64,000 bases of DNA from a virus: positions 64,001 through 128,000 of the IMG/VR virus record IMGVR_UViG_3300037010_003037; one strand, given 5' to 3'. Position 1 is the first letter of the stretch; every line of letters starts with the position of its first letter. The position numbers and the translations under genes are program-made. The notes beneath the pieces were generated by a model, which saw only the letters and a list, made by a program, of their open reading frames with translations, searched no databases and had not been told where the DNA came from. Below are positions 36,016-45,334 of this stretch, one piece after another.

Positions 36016-37620
36016 TTAACCAATTGCTCTTATACTTCTTCTATAATAGTCAACTCCCTGCATATCTCTACCTTGTATTGCATTTCCAACACCATCATGA
36101 TGAATTAAGCCATATGTAAACTCGCCTTGTGTTAAGTTTTGATATCGTGCAGCAACAGCAGGATCAAGTTGTTTGCCTGCTATTGTTCCACGCGTTCTAA
36201 ACTCATCATAATAAGGTTTTTGTTCACTCTTGTAAAATTCTATCTGCGCCTTGGTTGCAAGATATGGGTCATTACGCTGTTCTTCTGTGGGGTTTGGATA
36301 ACCAATCTTAGCGTAGTAAGTGTTTGCAGTTTTATCAAGCATCTGATATACACCACGCGCTGATGAATAAGGATTCTTAGCGTCTGCTTTGTAATTACTC
36401 TCGATACCGGCAACAAACATCAAATATTTTTTATCTTCAGGAGTAAGTGAAGGATCTTCATCTAATGCTCGTTGAATTTGTCTCTGCACTTCGGCTTTAG
36501 AGGCATTAGAACTCATTGGAATAGATCGTGGTTCAGTACTTGATTGATTAGATGCTTGCCCACCCAATCTTTTAGAGCTAGGTTCTGCATCCTCATTAAT
36601 ACGTGGTGCACCAAATTGACTTGGCAGCTCACCTCCGCATGGTCCCGTGTTTTGCTCACCAGCAACCATTACTGAATCTTTTACTACAATAGGATCTTCT
36701 CCTTCAATTTCATGAACGCCATTTATATATGGCAATGGATCAACCGGATTACCTAGCTTACCTTTATGTAGTTCAAAGTGAAGATGCGGACCAGTTCCAA
36801 CCCCGACACTACCTTCTTTTGCTATCTTTTGACCAGATGAAACTGTTTGCCCAGCTGTAACATAAATTTCACTCATGTGGCCATAGACAGTTGTAGCAAC
36901 AACATTACCATTTGCATCACGGTGTTCAATGAAAACCGCGTTACCATAACCGCTTGCTGGACCTGCGCGCAAAACTACTCCATCTGCAGCAGCTACAATA
37001 TCACCAAGGCTACCACCAGGAATAGCAATATCTACACCTTTATGAATGCTGCTGGCGCCAGGGGTCGGTGACTTTCGCGGTCCAAAACCTGAAGTTACTA
37101 CTCCCTTTGGTACTAAAGGCCATACAAATTGAATATCTTCACCCTTTGCTGGTAATTTAGGATACATGTTGTACTGTCGTGAATCAATCAAGTCACCATT
37201 GCTATCAAAAGCCTTAACTTCAACTTTATAGTTTTTGTTTCTCGCTGACTCAGGTACCTGCCCGCTTAATTGCCCAGTAGTGGTATTAAAGTTTAGCCCT
37301 GTCGGTCCAGTTCCAGGTTGATCATCTGTCCAAATTCTCCAAGAAGCTACTACTTTATCAGAATTCGGCGTTAACTTAAACGTAGTGTCAACATTTCCAT
37401 TTTTATCTACAACTATAGCTGTGTTTTCAATAAGGTTTGAAATTTTTTCTCGTGCATCATCTTTTCCATTTTCTGGTGCTCGTTTAGCAAAGCAGTCTAT
37501 GTTTTCACCGGGTAAAGGATAATGTGACGGCTGTGCTCCATAAGCTGATGTGCTGACTCTAAATGGTGGAATAGGAGTCCACAATGGGGTACGCTGTGGT
37601 TTACGGCATCCACATGACAT
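36016..37620 (-). CDS. Multidomain peptidoglycan hydrolase: Ig-like + M23 peptidase + lysozyme/SLT domain
   Basis: PTGLNFNTTTGQLSG; VTSGFGPR, HKGVD, YGHM, GPHLHFE; GIESN, SARGVYQM. Confidence 0.88.
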   Translation of the reverse strand: MSCGCRKPQRTPLWTPIPPFRVSTSAYGAQPSHYPLPGENIDCFAKRAPENGKDDAREKISNLIENTAIVVDKNGNVDTTFKLTPNSDKVVASWRIWTDDQPGTGPTGLNFNTTTGQLSGQVPESARNKNYKVEVKAFDSNGDLIDSRQYNMYPKLPAKGEDIQFVWPLVPKGVVTSGFGPRKSPTPGASSIHKGVDIAIPGGSLGDIVAAADGVVLRAGPASGYGNAVFIEHRDANGNVVATTVYGHMSEIYVTAGQTVSSGQKIAKEGSVGVGTGPHLHFELHKGKLGNPVDPLPYINGVHEIEGEDPIVVKDSVMVAGEQNTGPCGGELPSQFGAPRINEDAEPSSKRLGGQASNQSSTEPRSIPMSSNASKAEVQRQIQRALDEDPSLTPEDKKYLMFVAGIESNYKADAKNPYSSARGVYQMLDKTANTYYAKIGYPNPTEEQRNDPYLATKAQIEFYKSEQKPYYDEFRTRGTIAGKQLDPAVAARYQNLTQGEFTYGLIHHDGVGNAIQGRDMQGVDYYRRSIRAIG

Positions 37621-37623
37621 TTA

Positions 37624-37989
37624 TTATTCTGCCTTTGTAGGTTTTAATTCATTTAGAACGGTTTCTGCGTTTGAATTTTTTTCAGCTGCATCCTTATCGA
37701 GCTTTATTTGTTCATCTCGTAGAAATCTTCCAATGAGAATTAATTGTTCACGTAGCTTTAACATATATCTTTCATTGTCGATTATCCATTGTGCAACAGT
37801 AGCTTGAGTTGCATTTTCAACATCTATTTTAGGTGGCATCGGTGGAAGTTCAGTTAACTCTGCAGGAGGAACACGTACAACATATTCTATTTTTTCAACA
37901 GTGTGTGTTTCAACCGATGGTAGTTTAGATGTTGTTCCGCATGCCGTTAAAGCAACAGCCACCAATGGTATTGTAAGTAGCTTTATCAT
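37624..37989 (-). CDS. o-spanin (outer-membrane lipoprotein)
   Basis: Lipobox LTAC; Pro-rich segment; overlaps the i-spanin stop. Confidence 0.8.
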   Translation of the reverse strand: MIKLLTIPLVAVALTACGTTSKLPSVETHTVEKIEYVVRVPPAELTELPPMPPKIDVENATQATVAQWIIDNERYMLKLREQLILIGRFLRDEQIKLDKDAAEKNSNAETVLNELKPTKAE

Positions 37990-38459
37990 AGCTTGTCCCT
38001 TTCTTTTTGAATTTCTCTTATGACTTCTCGCAGAACAGGTGCTACTGGCCCATCAGATTTTGGATCTTTTAATAATTCTTCTATTTTAGCGTTCAGACGA
38101 TCAAGAGTTTGCTTGTTATTTAAGTTGGTATTAGCGAGCGCTTTAACAGCATCAATCGCCTTTTGTCTTTCCTCATTAAGCTTACGAATAGTTGCTACAT
38201 TAGTAGAATTCGCTGTTTCTAGATCCTTGTTATTCTTTTGCAAAACAGCATTATTGCTCTCAAGAATTTTATTTGCTGCTACAAGAGAATTGTTAGTTTC
38301 AGTTAAGTCATGAATAGTAGATTTAAGCTCACGAACATAAAGCCAAAATCCAATAGCAGCTGTTATGATGATAGTACCAACAATAACAACACTAATAAAC
38401 TTTATTTTGTTTTCAATAAAAGATGAAACGGCACTAGTGCCAAGTGAGAAAAAATTCAT
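37986..38459 (-). CDS. i-spanin
   Basis: N-terminal TM, long coiled coil, C-terminal DGPVAPVLR. Confidence 0.8.
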   Translation of the reverse strand: MNFFSLGTSAVSSFIENKIKFISVVIVGTIIITAAIGFWLYVRELKSTIHDLTETNNSLVAANKILESNNAVLQKNNKDLETANSTNVATIRKLNEERQKAIDAVKALANTNLNNKQTLDRLNAKIEELLKDPKSDGPVAPVLREVIREIQKERDKL

Positions 38460-38599
38460 GTATGTCTCCTATTGTGTCAACTAATAGTTTTAAAATATGT
38501 GTCAAATATTATCACATACCTTTTTAAATGCTAATTAATGATAGTAGCTTCAAAGATATTAATTGTATTAAGCAAGCATTCTTTCAAATGTAATTAAAA

Positions 38600-38851
38600 T
38601 TACAACATACTTGTTGCAAAACTAACAAGGCCAGCGCGTGGTGATGTCCAATTAATTTCAACATTGTTATCATCAATGTGTATCACAGACAATGGAAATG
38701 CTTTTGTCAAAATACCATTATCATGCACAAAAATATCAATCAATGGTTTTTTGCCAAATGCATGATAAATTGACCACGTAGATGCCGGAGTATCCTGCTT
38801 ATATTGCCAAAGCTTTATTCCACCGCCCTGTGATAGTGTTAGAAACGACAT
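38600..38851 (-). CDS. Small virion protein, single 'W-x-I-x-H' module
   Basis: YKQDTPASTWSIYHAFGKKP...IDDNNVEINW. Confidence 0.75.
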   Translation of the reverse strand: MSFLTLSQGGGIKLWQYKQDTPASTWSIYHAFGKKPLIDIFVHDNGILTKAFPLSVIHIDDNNVEINWTSPRAGLVSFATSML

Positions 38852-38862
38852 ATTTAATCTCC

Positions 38863-39105
38863 CTAAACTATGATATGCGCAACACCAGTAAACGCGCCAA
38901 CGTCAAATTCAATAACAACAGTGTTGTTATCTTGTATAAGAATTTTACTTGGCATAATCTTTGCAAGATTTCCATCTTTGTTTACAAAGACATCTACAAT
39001 AGGAACCCCCTGGCTCCCATTATTTCCTAAGTTATGAACAATCGTCCATACTGAAGATGGAGTGATCTGTTCATAACGAAAAGTAGAAGGTATAAACAGT
39101 GACAT
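38863..39105 (-). CDS. Small virion protein, single 'HNL' module
   Basis: YEQITPSSVWTIVHNLG...P.VDV...QDNNTVVIEF. Confidence 0.75.
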   Translation of the reverse strand: MSLFIPSTFRYEQITPSSVWTIVHNLGNNGSQGVPIVDVFVNKDGNLAKIMPSKILIQDNNTVVIEFDVGAFTGVAHIIV

Positions 39106-39115
39106 GTTATTTTCC

Positions 39116-39718
39116 TTATATCAGCTTAGCTTGACCAACTTGTGGAGATGTAAACGTGATAGTAACTTGATCAAGAGTATCAAATGTAATAGAAGCTGGT
39201 TGAACTTCTTGGTTACCAATAAACACACGAATTATTGGATAACGGCCTAAGGAATGAGAAATAACCCAGGTATCAGATGGTGTGGTCTGATAGTACTCAT
39301 AAGCGTATGTAGGTTTAGTTTGCCCATCAAAGTGACCAGATAGCACTACCGCTTTACCCTGTGCTGGTGTTCCAAAATCAATAGTTATGGAGCTAGGACC
39401 ATTAACAGTAATTTCATTTGGTATAACAACCTGATTAGAAGTGTTATACACTGTAACGCTTACATGTGATGTATTCAAGGGATGGGTTATATTCCATACT
39501 GGAGCGGCTGTTCCTTGAACATGTGTGTAAGCTGTAATTTCATTTGTAAGTGGAACCCATACAGGAAGTCCTCCTGTAATTTCTACGCAAATGTAGAGAA
39601 TACGATCCTTAAAGACTATCTGTCCAACTTTTGGTGATTGGGGGAAGGCTGTATCAAGAAGAATAACTGCATCTTTAATATAATTTTGTTGTAAGTGCGC
39701 TTCACCATAGAATTTCAT
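39116..39718 (-). CDS. Virion protein with two 'HNL' modules
   Basis: WNITHPLN... and WVISHSLGRYP...; late box at 39771. Confidence 0.8.
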   Translation of the reverse strand: MKFYGEAHLQQNYIKDAVILLDTAFPQSPKVGQIVFKDRILYICVEITGGLPVWVPLTNEITAYTHVQGTAAPVWNITHPLNTSHVSVTVYNTSNQVVIPNEITVNGPSSITIDFGTPAQGKAVVLSGHFDGQTKPTYAYEYYQTTPSDTWVISHSLGRYPIIRVFIGNQEVQPASITFDTLDQVTITFTSPQVGQAKLI

Positions 39719-39770
39719 TTGAAATTTCCTTTGTAAGATATACTAATAACACTATGCCAGTAATATTAGT

Positions 39771-39778
39771 TATTTATG
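39771..39778 (-). promoter_or_regulatory. Late promoter CATAAATA
   Basis: Lies between a terminator and the next gene. Confidence 0.6.
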
Positions 39779-39810
39779 TTGTCTATTGACATTTTTAAAC
39801 TTCTGCATAT

Positions 39811-39840
39811 AAAAATAGGCGACCAAATGGTCGCCTATTT
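39811..39840 (-). terminator. Rho-independent terminator
   Basis: AAATAGGCGACCA-TT-TGGTCGCCTATTTTT on the minus strand, after the 804-aa gene. Confidence 0.9.
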
Positions 39841-39862
39841 AGTGAACATCAGACAACAGGTG

Positions 39863-42277
39863 TCATGATGGTTGTGAACTAATGTTCAATGGTGTTGCTG
39901 GATTAATGCTCATGCCCATGACAACAACCTTACATGACAATGGCGTTGTAAAGGTTACTGTTAATTGGTTAGCATTATCAAATGTAATTGATTGTGGAAT
40001 AACCACTTCATTTGAAGCATCAACTACAGTAACGTTACAGAACTGTTGACCAAGGTTGTGATTAACAGCGTGCGAAGTAGCTGCAGAAGATGCAGTATAC
40101 AGATAGTACAACGGCTGTGGTAAAAATCCGCTAACTGCGCCTTGATATGTTAGAACTTGACCACTGTTACCACCTGGTCCAGCACTCAATGTTCCAATTT
40201 GAACATCGCTAAGGTTGCTTAGGCCTGCAGCTAGAGCAATGTCAATGTTATTATTTGTTACAGCAACAGCAATACCATTAGAACCACCAATGGTGATATT
40301 TTCACCAAGGTTAACATTGTCAGTACCACTGTCACCAGTTAAACCGATGTAACTGTATTGTAATTTGCTGTTAGTTACGTTACCATCAGCGATCTTTGCA
40401 GTTGTTACCCCAGAATCGCGAATAGTTAAAACATTGCTTGTAACTTCGAGATGCACCGGGTCAACATTTAGTGCAAGCTTTGAACCAGAACCACCAGTAA
40501 TACCAGCATTTGTTGCGATAGCAGAGCTGTTAATTTCAATTTCAGTAATACCACCAGCCGCAACTTTGAGACCATTACCTGATTGTGAAAGGGTATTACC
40601 ATCTAAGAACAGAGCTATCTTATCACCAGAAGCTGCACCACCTTCAGTTAATACACGACCATTAATTCCAGCATTGTAGAAACCGATGGCAGAACCGGTG
40701 TAATTGTGAATATCAATGCCAATTTCAGTTCCTGGCAGGAAGGTAAGACCTGCACCAGCCAAAACACTGAACACAGTACCATTTAAATCAAGACCTGCGC
40801 CGGCGCTATATGTACCTGCACCGGAGAACTGTGTGAATGTAATATCATCTGTTCCAACAGTAAATGAAGCTGGATTATTAACTAATGCTGCCCAACCAGT
40901 TGCCTTGTTTAAGGTACCATCTTGAACGAAAACGAACATTGAAGGAATTTCAGATGCTTCATCGCAATAAGCGCAGCGTGTAAGAATCCAATCTGTACTG
41001 CCGTTACCAACTTGTGAAACATAGTAACGTCCATTTTCAAATTTGTTAGTTTGATCCTTAACAAGGACACCCTCATTCAGCGTAGTAATAGCAACTCCAT
41101 CAATAACCAGCGAAGCAGATGGGCCAAGGTTTAAAGTTGCTCCAACACCAGAAGCTCCATTATTGTAAGTCGCAGTCAATGGAGCAGTAGTTGCTGCAAT
41201 AACAGCTGGCTTGATGGAAAGACCTTGTGCAGTAGCATCAACATATGCCTTTGTAGCAGCATCAGCTGCATCCGTTGGCGTACCAAGAGCAGTGATCTTG
41301 TTTCCATTCATGTTCAAGGTACCAGTCATGGTATCACCAGAAACGTTTACATAAACGTTATCAACTAGACCCGTGATGTCTGCTTGGACGACGTTATTTA
41401 CACCGGTTACTCGACCATATGTATCATATGTGAATTTCAGGAAGTTACCAACGTTTGTTGGAATAGTTAGTGTTTGAAGGTCAAGCGTTGGATCACCGGC
41501 GACACCGTTACCATGATCAACAACGATAGTACCAGTAGTACCACCAGTAATTGAACGAACAGCCCATGTATCTGCTGCAGTACGAGCTGCTAAACCAGTT
41601 CCTGTTAAGCCTTCAACTGCTGCAAGGTCATTTGCAAGAGATATAACTGAATTACCACCACCAGAAGTGTTGGTCATTGTAATACCTTCTGAAGGCATTT
41701 GGAAAGAGCTAGCAACAAATGTATTTCCATCTGCACTTACAGAAACATAACCTGGACCAGTAATATTAGCCAGGTTAGCAAGACCAACATCATATGGTTG
41801 AACACCAGTTGATTTTCCTGGTGAAGCATTTACCCAATTTGTTCCATTATAGTATAAAATCTGACCAGCAGTTGCTGCATTAATTGAAACATCACCAAGT
41901 TCTGCAAGAGTATCAGTACCTTGTGCTTTTCGAGCCAAAGCATTAATTATATCTGTCCAGTTCGTTGGAGTTGAACCAACGATAGCTGTAACATCTGAAC
42001 TAAATGTTCCTATCGTGCCATTGCCCTGAATACCAGCACCAAGTGTAGCTTCAATATTATCAACTTCTGCTTGAATAGCTGAAGCATTACCACCTGTAGC
42101 AAATGGAACCCATGAAGTTCCGTCATTGAAGTAATAAAGCGCGTTAGTTGTATTGTAGTAAATGCGTCCAGCTTCTGCACTGTTGAAAACTGGTGCAGTT
42201 GCTAGGCGCTCGATGTACGCGTTCTGGATTTCACCAGTTGCGTCTGAATTAAATACTAAATTACCGTTAATTTTCAT
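39863..42277 (-). CDS. Fibre or decoration structural protein (Gly/Thr/Asn-rich)
   Basis: GDTMTGTL, DAATKAYVD, VLVKDQ..ENGRY, VTTAKIADGNVT, C-terminal HNLG module. Confidence 0.8.
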   Translation of the reverse strand: MKINGNLVFNSDATGEIQNAYIERLATAPVFNSAEAGRIYYNTTNALYYFNDGTSWVPFATGGNASAIQAEVDNIEATLGAGIQGNGTIGTFSSDVTAIVGSTPTNWTDIINALARKAQGTDTLAELGDVSINAATAGQILYYNGTNWVNASPGKSTGVQPYDVGLANLANITGPGYVSVSADGNTFVASSFQMPSEGITMTNTSGGGNSVISLANDLAAVEGLTGTGLAARTAADTWAVRSITGGTTGTIVVDHGNGVAGDPTLDLQTLTIPTNVGNFLKFTYDTYGRVTGVNNVVQADITGLVDNVYVNVSGDTMTGTLNMNGNKITALGTPTDAADAATKAYVDATAQGLSIKPAVIAATTAPLTATYNNGASGVGATLNLGPSASLVIDGVAITTLNEGVLVKDQTNKFENGRYYVSQVGNGSTDWILTRCAYCDEASEIPSMFVFVQDGTLNKATGWAALVNNPASFTVGTDDITFTQFSGAGTYSAGAGLDLNGTVFSVLAGAGLTFLPGTEIGIDIHNYTGSAIGFYNAGINGRVLTEGGAASGDKIALFLDGNTLSQSGNGLKVAAGGITEIEINSSAIATNAGITGGSGSKLALNVDPVHLEVTSNVLTIRDSGVTTAKIADGNVTNSKLQYSYIGLTGDSGTDNVNLGENITIGGSNGIAVAVTNNNIDIALAAGLSNLSDVQIGTLSAGPGGNSGQVLTYQGAVSGFLPQPLYYLYTASSAATSHAVNHNLGQQFCNVTVVDASNEVVIPQSITFDNANQLTVTFTTPLSCKVVVMGMSINPATPLNISSQPS

Positions 42278-42332
42278 AAAAATCTCCTTGCAAGTTTGAT
42301 TTCAATCATCCTGTTAAGTCATTTTATCATCT

Positions 42333-42563
42333 TTACATTGTTCTGCGGCTAGCAGTAGTTAGTGCCTTTATAGCAGAATTAAAAGCTACAGGTTCTACTC
42401 TAATATTTCCTAGATCATAATCATTGATAACATCATCATCAACATTTGAAAAGAAAAATATTCCTTTGTTGCCAACTTTTTCGATGGTTTCAAGACGATA
42501 ACCTAAAACTTTCAAAGCTGCAGCAAGCACGATGTCTTGCGTTTCTATTGTCCGTTTTGCCAT
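42333..42563 (-). CDS. Small DUF5659-like protein
   Basis: TQDIVLAAALKVLGY...FFF...VEP..F pattern; GAGGA RBS. Confidence 0.6.
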   Translation of the reverse strand: MAKRTIETQDIVLAAALKVLGYRLETIEKVGNKGIFFFSNVDDDVINDYDLGNIRVEPVAFNSAIKALTTASRRTM

Positions 42564-42607
42564 GTTGTTTCTATCCTCTTATTAAAAATACGGGTTGAGA
42601 TCGAAAC

Positions 42608-42615
42608 TATTTATG
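42608..42615 (-). promoter_or_regulatory. Late promoter CATAAATA with downstream RBS-occluding stem
   Basis: Minus strand CATAAATA-GTTTCGATCTC...GAGGATAGAAAC-AACATG. Confidence 0.6.
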
Positions 42616-42627
42616 ATAAAACAAACT

Positions 42628-43590
42628 TTAAAACGCTAAAATCATTGCTCTTCCTACTGTTGCTGCTACAAATGTTATAAGTATAGTTGATGAATCTATG
42701 ATTTTAACGCTTTCTGGGATTATCTGCTCCCATGATGCATCATACACCGTGACTTGTGCTCGTGTAGATGATAGCGGGTGATTAATCATCCACGACATTT
42801 GTGGAGTAAGTTGAACATGTTCATAACCTTTAGCTAAACCAGATGATTCTGCATCAACTTTAGTATTTAGCGCTTCCAGCGCTTCTTGAACATTGGAAGC
42901 ACCTGGAAGTGAAGTTATTGAAAGAATATCTATATCAGTAGCTTTGTGCCGAAGTGGTGCTGATCCTGCGATATGAGCATCAAAATCATTTTTAAGTGCA
43001 GCAACATCTACACCATTTAGCAATCCACCAAGTGTAAAGTTTTGTGTGGCAATTAAATTGCCATTTTTATCGACACGAAAAACTGGAGTAGTACCAAATG
43101 TTCTTCTGACTGTAATTAAATCAACTATAGGAGTGACGCCTAAATCTGGCTCTATCTTCAATGCTGTTTGTGCACCATTTTTAGGGGAGATAACCCAGTG
43201 ATCACTGTCTTGAACAACTGACTCAATAATTGTTGAACTTCCAAGAACCTCTAGATCACCAGTAATTGTAACCTTACCTGTCTCAGCATCTACCTTAAAG
43301 AATAGATTATCATCAGTATCATCCTTTAGAACAAAATCTTTACCAAGAGTCAACTTAATGACGGCTTCACCGTTGACAGCATTAGTTAAGTCATAAATTC
43401 TTTGTAGTGATAGCCTACTGCTACCACTTGGTGCTGTTGATGCACCATCATCAAATAATAGCCCACGACCATTTACTGTCCATGTATCATGAGAAGTACC
43501 GCCAGCATTAATAATGGACCCATCTAACATGTGCCCAAATATACCATCATTTTCTAAAATAATTAGTTTAACGGGCTGAATTGTCATCAT
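42628..43590 (-). CDS. Virion structural protein with C-terminal 'HNL'-type module
   Basis: ITGDLEVLG, NVQEALEAL, WMINHPLS...P.SVKIIDS. Confidence 0.75.
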   Translation of the reverse strand: MMTIQPVKLIILENDGIFGHMLDGSIINAGGTSHDTWTVNGRGLLFDDGASTAPSGSSRLSLQRIYDLTNAVNGEAVIKLTLGKDFVLKDDTDDNLFFKVDAETGKVTITGDLEVLGSSTIIESVVQDSDHWVISPKNGAQTALKIEPDLGVTPIVDLITVRRTFGTTPVFRVDKNGNLIATQNFTLGGLLNGVDVAALKNDFDAHIAGSAPLRHKATDIDILSITSLPGASNVQEALEALNTKVDAESSGLAKGYEHVQLTPQMSWMINHPLSSTRAQVTVYDASWEQIIPESVKIIDSSTILITFVAATVGRAMILAF

Positions 43591-43610
43591 AATCGTAAGA
43601 AAAAATTATT

Positions 43611-44675
43611 TTAAGAATGAAGTCTGACAGGCGGAAAAAGATGCATGTAAATGGACTGACGATCGTATACGAATCCTATTTGCTGAGATACCCCTGTAAT
43701 TGGTGGGTTAAGCGTTACTTCTCCAGATGGCCCACAGAAAAGTGGTTTGTTAATTTGCGAATCATCCCAGTTCCATTGTTCATTTCGAACTACACCGCTT
43801 GTAATTACGTGTCCAACATCATCAGCATAGAGATTATCAACAACAATACCACTTACAAAATTAAACTCATTGTTACACGATGCGAGTACAATCTTTCTGT
43901 TACCAGTCATTGAGACTAAGTAAAATGCTGGAATAGATTCTTCAGCCTGTGCTATAGAGATCGCCGAGTCAAATTTTACGTTTAACCCAGAATAGTTAGA
44001 TACAACCAGAACAGTTTCAGTCGTTACGAATTTAGAATTTCTTCCTTGCCGTAGCGGTTGACCATTTGCCGCCGAGAACATAATTGGCCCTGAGACGCAA
44101 TCATCAATTGTTAGGCCAGGATATGTGCCAACATCTAATCCTACTTGAGAGCCATTAACCCACTTAGAATTGCTATAAACATTTAGTGGGTATGGGGGAT
44201 AGAAATTACCACCCTCATATTTTGCAGCAAACACCCGAATTACATCGCGCCAATGTGGGACTGGAGATGTTGCATCATAAACCTTCATAGTTTTGACACT
44301 CATATCGAACCAGTGCGCACCATTAGTGATAGATCCAGTAGGAGCGTCTCCTATGATTGGAGAAATATTTGTCCAACCAAATGTTCTAGCTCCTGTATTT
44401 AGGTTAATGTCCCAGTACAACCACTTTGCTTCAGTAGTCGTCATTAGAGGACCATTATTTGGCCCACCACCACCCCAAGCAGAAACAACTGTTGTGTTTT
44501 CTTCAAAAAGATAATTTGCATCATAATGCGCAAATGTAACTTTCACAGGGCGGGTAAACGAGTTACTTATGACAAGATCAACAGTATCTCCTGCTGATGT
44601 AGTTTTCTGCAGGAACGGAGGCCCTGCTAAAAATGTAGGAGCTAAAATACCCTGTCGAAAGCTAATGTTCTTCAT
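43611..44675 (-). CDS. Virion structural protein
   Basis: Within the structural operon; C-terminal GVV...W.W...PLF.G..GEVT beta module. Confidence 0.7.
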   Translation of the reverse strand: MKNISFRQGILAPTFLAGPPFLQKTTSAGDTVDLVISNSFTRPVKVTFAHYDANYLFEENTTVVSAWGGGGPNNGPLMTTTEAKWLYWDINLNTGARTFGWTNISPIIGDAPTGSITNGAHWFDMSVKTMKVYDATSPVPHWRDVIRVFAAKYEGGNFYPPYPLNVYSNSKWVNGSQVGLDVGTYPGLTIDDCVSGPIMFSAANGQPLRQGRNSKFVTTETVLVVSNYSGLNVKFDSAISIAQAEESIPAFYLVSMTGNRKIVLASCNNEFNFVSGIVVDNLYADDVGHVITSGVVRNEQWNWDDSQINKPLFCGPSGEVTLNPPITGVSQQIGFVYDRQSIYMHLFPPVRLHS

Positions 44676-44683
44676 ACTTTACA

Positions 44684-45283
44684 TTATGATACTGAAATTG
44701 TTAGTGTGTAAGTAATAACTAACTCGCGGTTTGCTGTCTTTAAGATCGGTGAAAAGATAATATGTGTCAACAACAAATTATCAAACGTGAAAAGCCCAAG
44801 TTCATCAAATGCATATTGAGCATTTGGATCAGGGTCACCAGGAGAGTCAGTGAGGTCTTGACCTGATGGTTCGCCAGCAGCAATAGTTGCAGTAACAATT
44901 ACTACTGTTGTTTCACTTGGTGCTGGACTTTCTTGATATGTGACCGAGTTCTCGCTTGGTGTTGATGCAATTGATTCATCAACCTGCTCTTCATATGTTG
45001 GAGACCAAAGATCAGCTGTAGCTCCAGTTACGTTAGGTGCAAGATAAGTAATCTCATTTGATGAGTTAATAGTTGAACCACCATTACCAAGCTTAATCTT
45101 AAAAATCTGATGTTTTCCAATGTTATATGTAGTATCTGGTGGCTCATTAGAAAGCCCACGGGCAATTGCAATTGCCATGTTTTTATTATGGACAGCATTG
45201 TTCTTATCTAACAACACCTCACCAGTGTGCTTGTCAACAATACGAACGTGACCTTTTACTTTGATAGCTGCTTCAGTAGTCAT
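44684..45283 (-). CDS. Baseplate / fibre-attachment structural protein
   Basis: KGHVRI, FDELGLF, LLTHIIFSPILKTANR..ITYTLTI; AATAAATA box at 45324-45331. Confidence 0.7.
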   Translation of the reverse strand: MTTEAAIKVKGHVRIVDKHTGEVLLDKNNAVHNKNMAIAIARGLSNEPPDTTYNIGKHQIFKIKLGNGGSTINSSNEITYLAPNVTGATADLWSPTYEEQVDESIASTPSENSVTYQESPAPSETTVVIVTATIAAGEPSGQDLTDSPGDPDPNAQYAFDELGLFTFDNLLLTHIIFSPILKTANRELVITYTLTISVS

Positions 45284-45334
45284 TGGATCTCCAATTTTTA
45301 GCTCATTGCACTTAATTGTTAGGTATTTATTATA

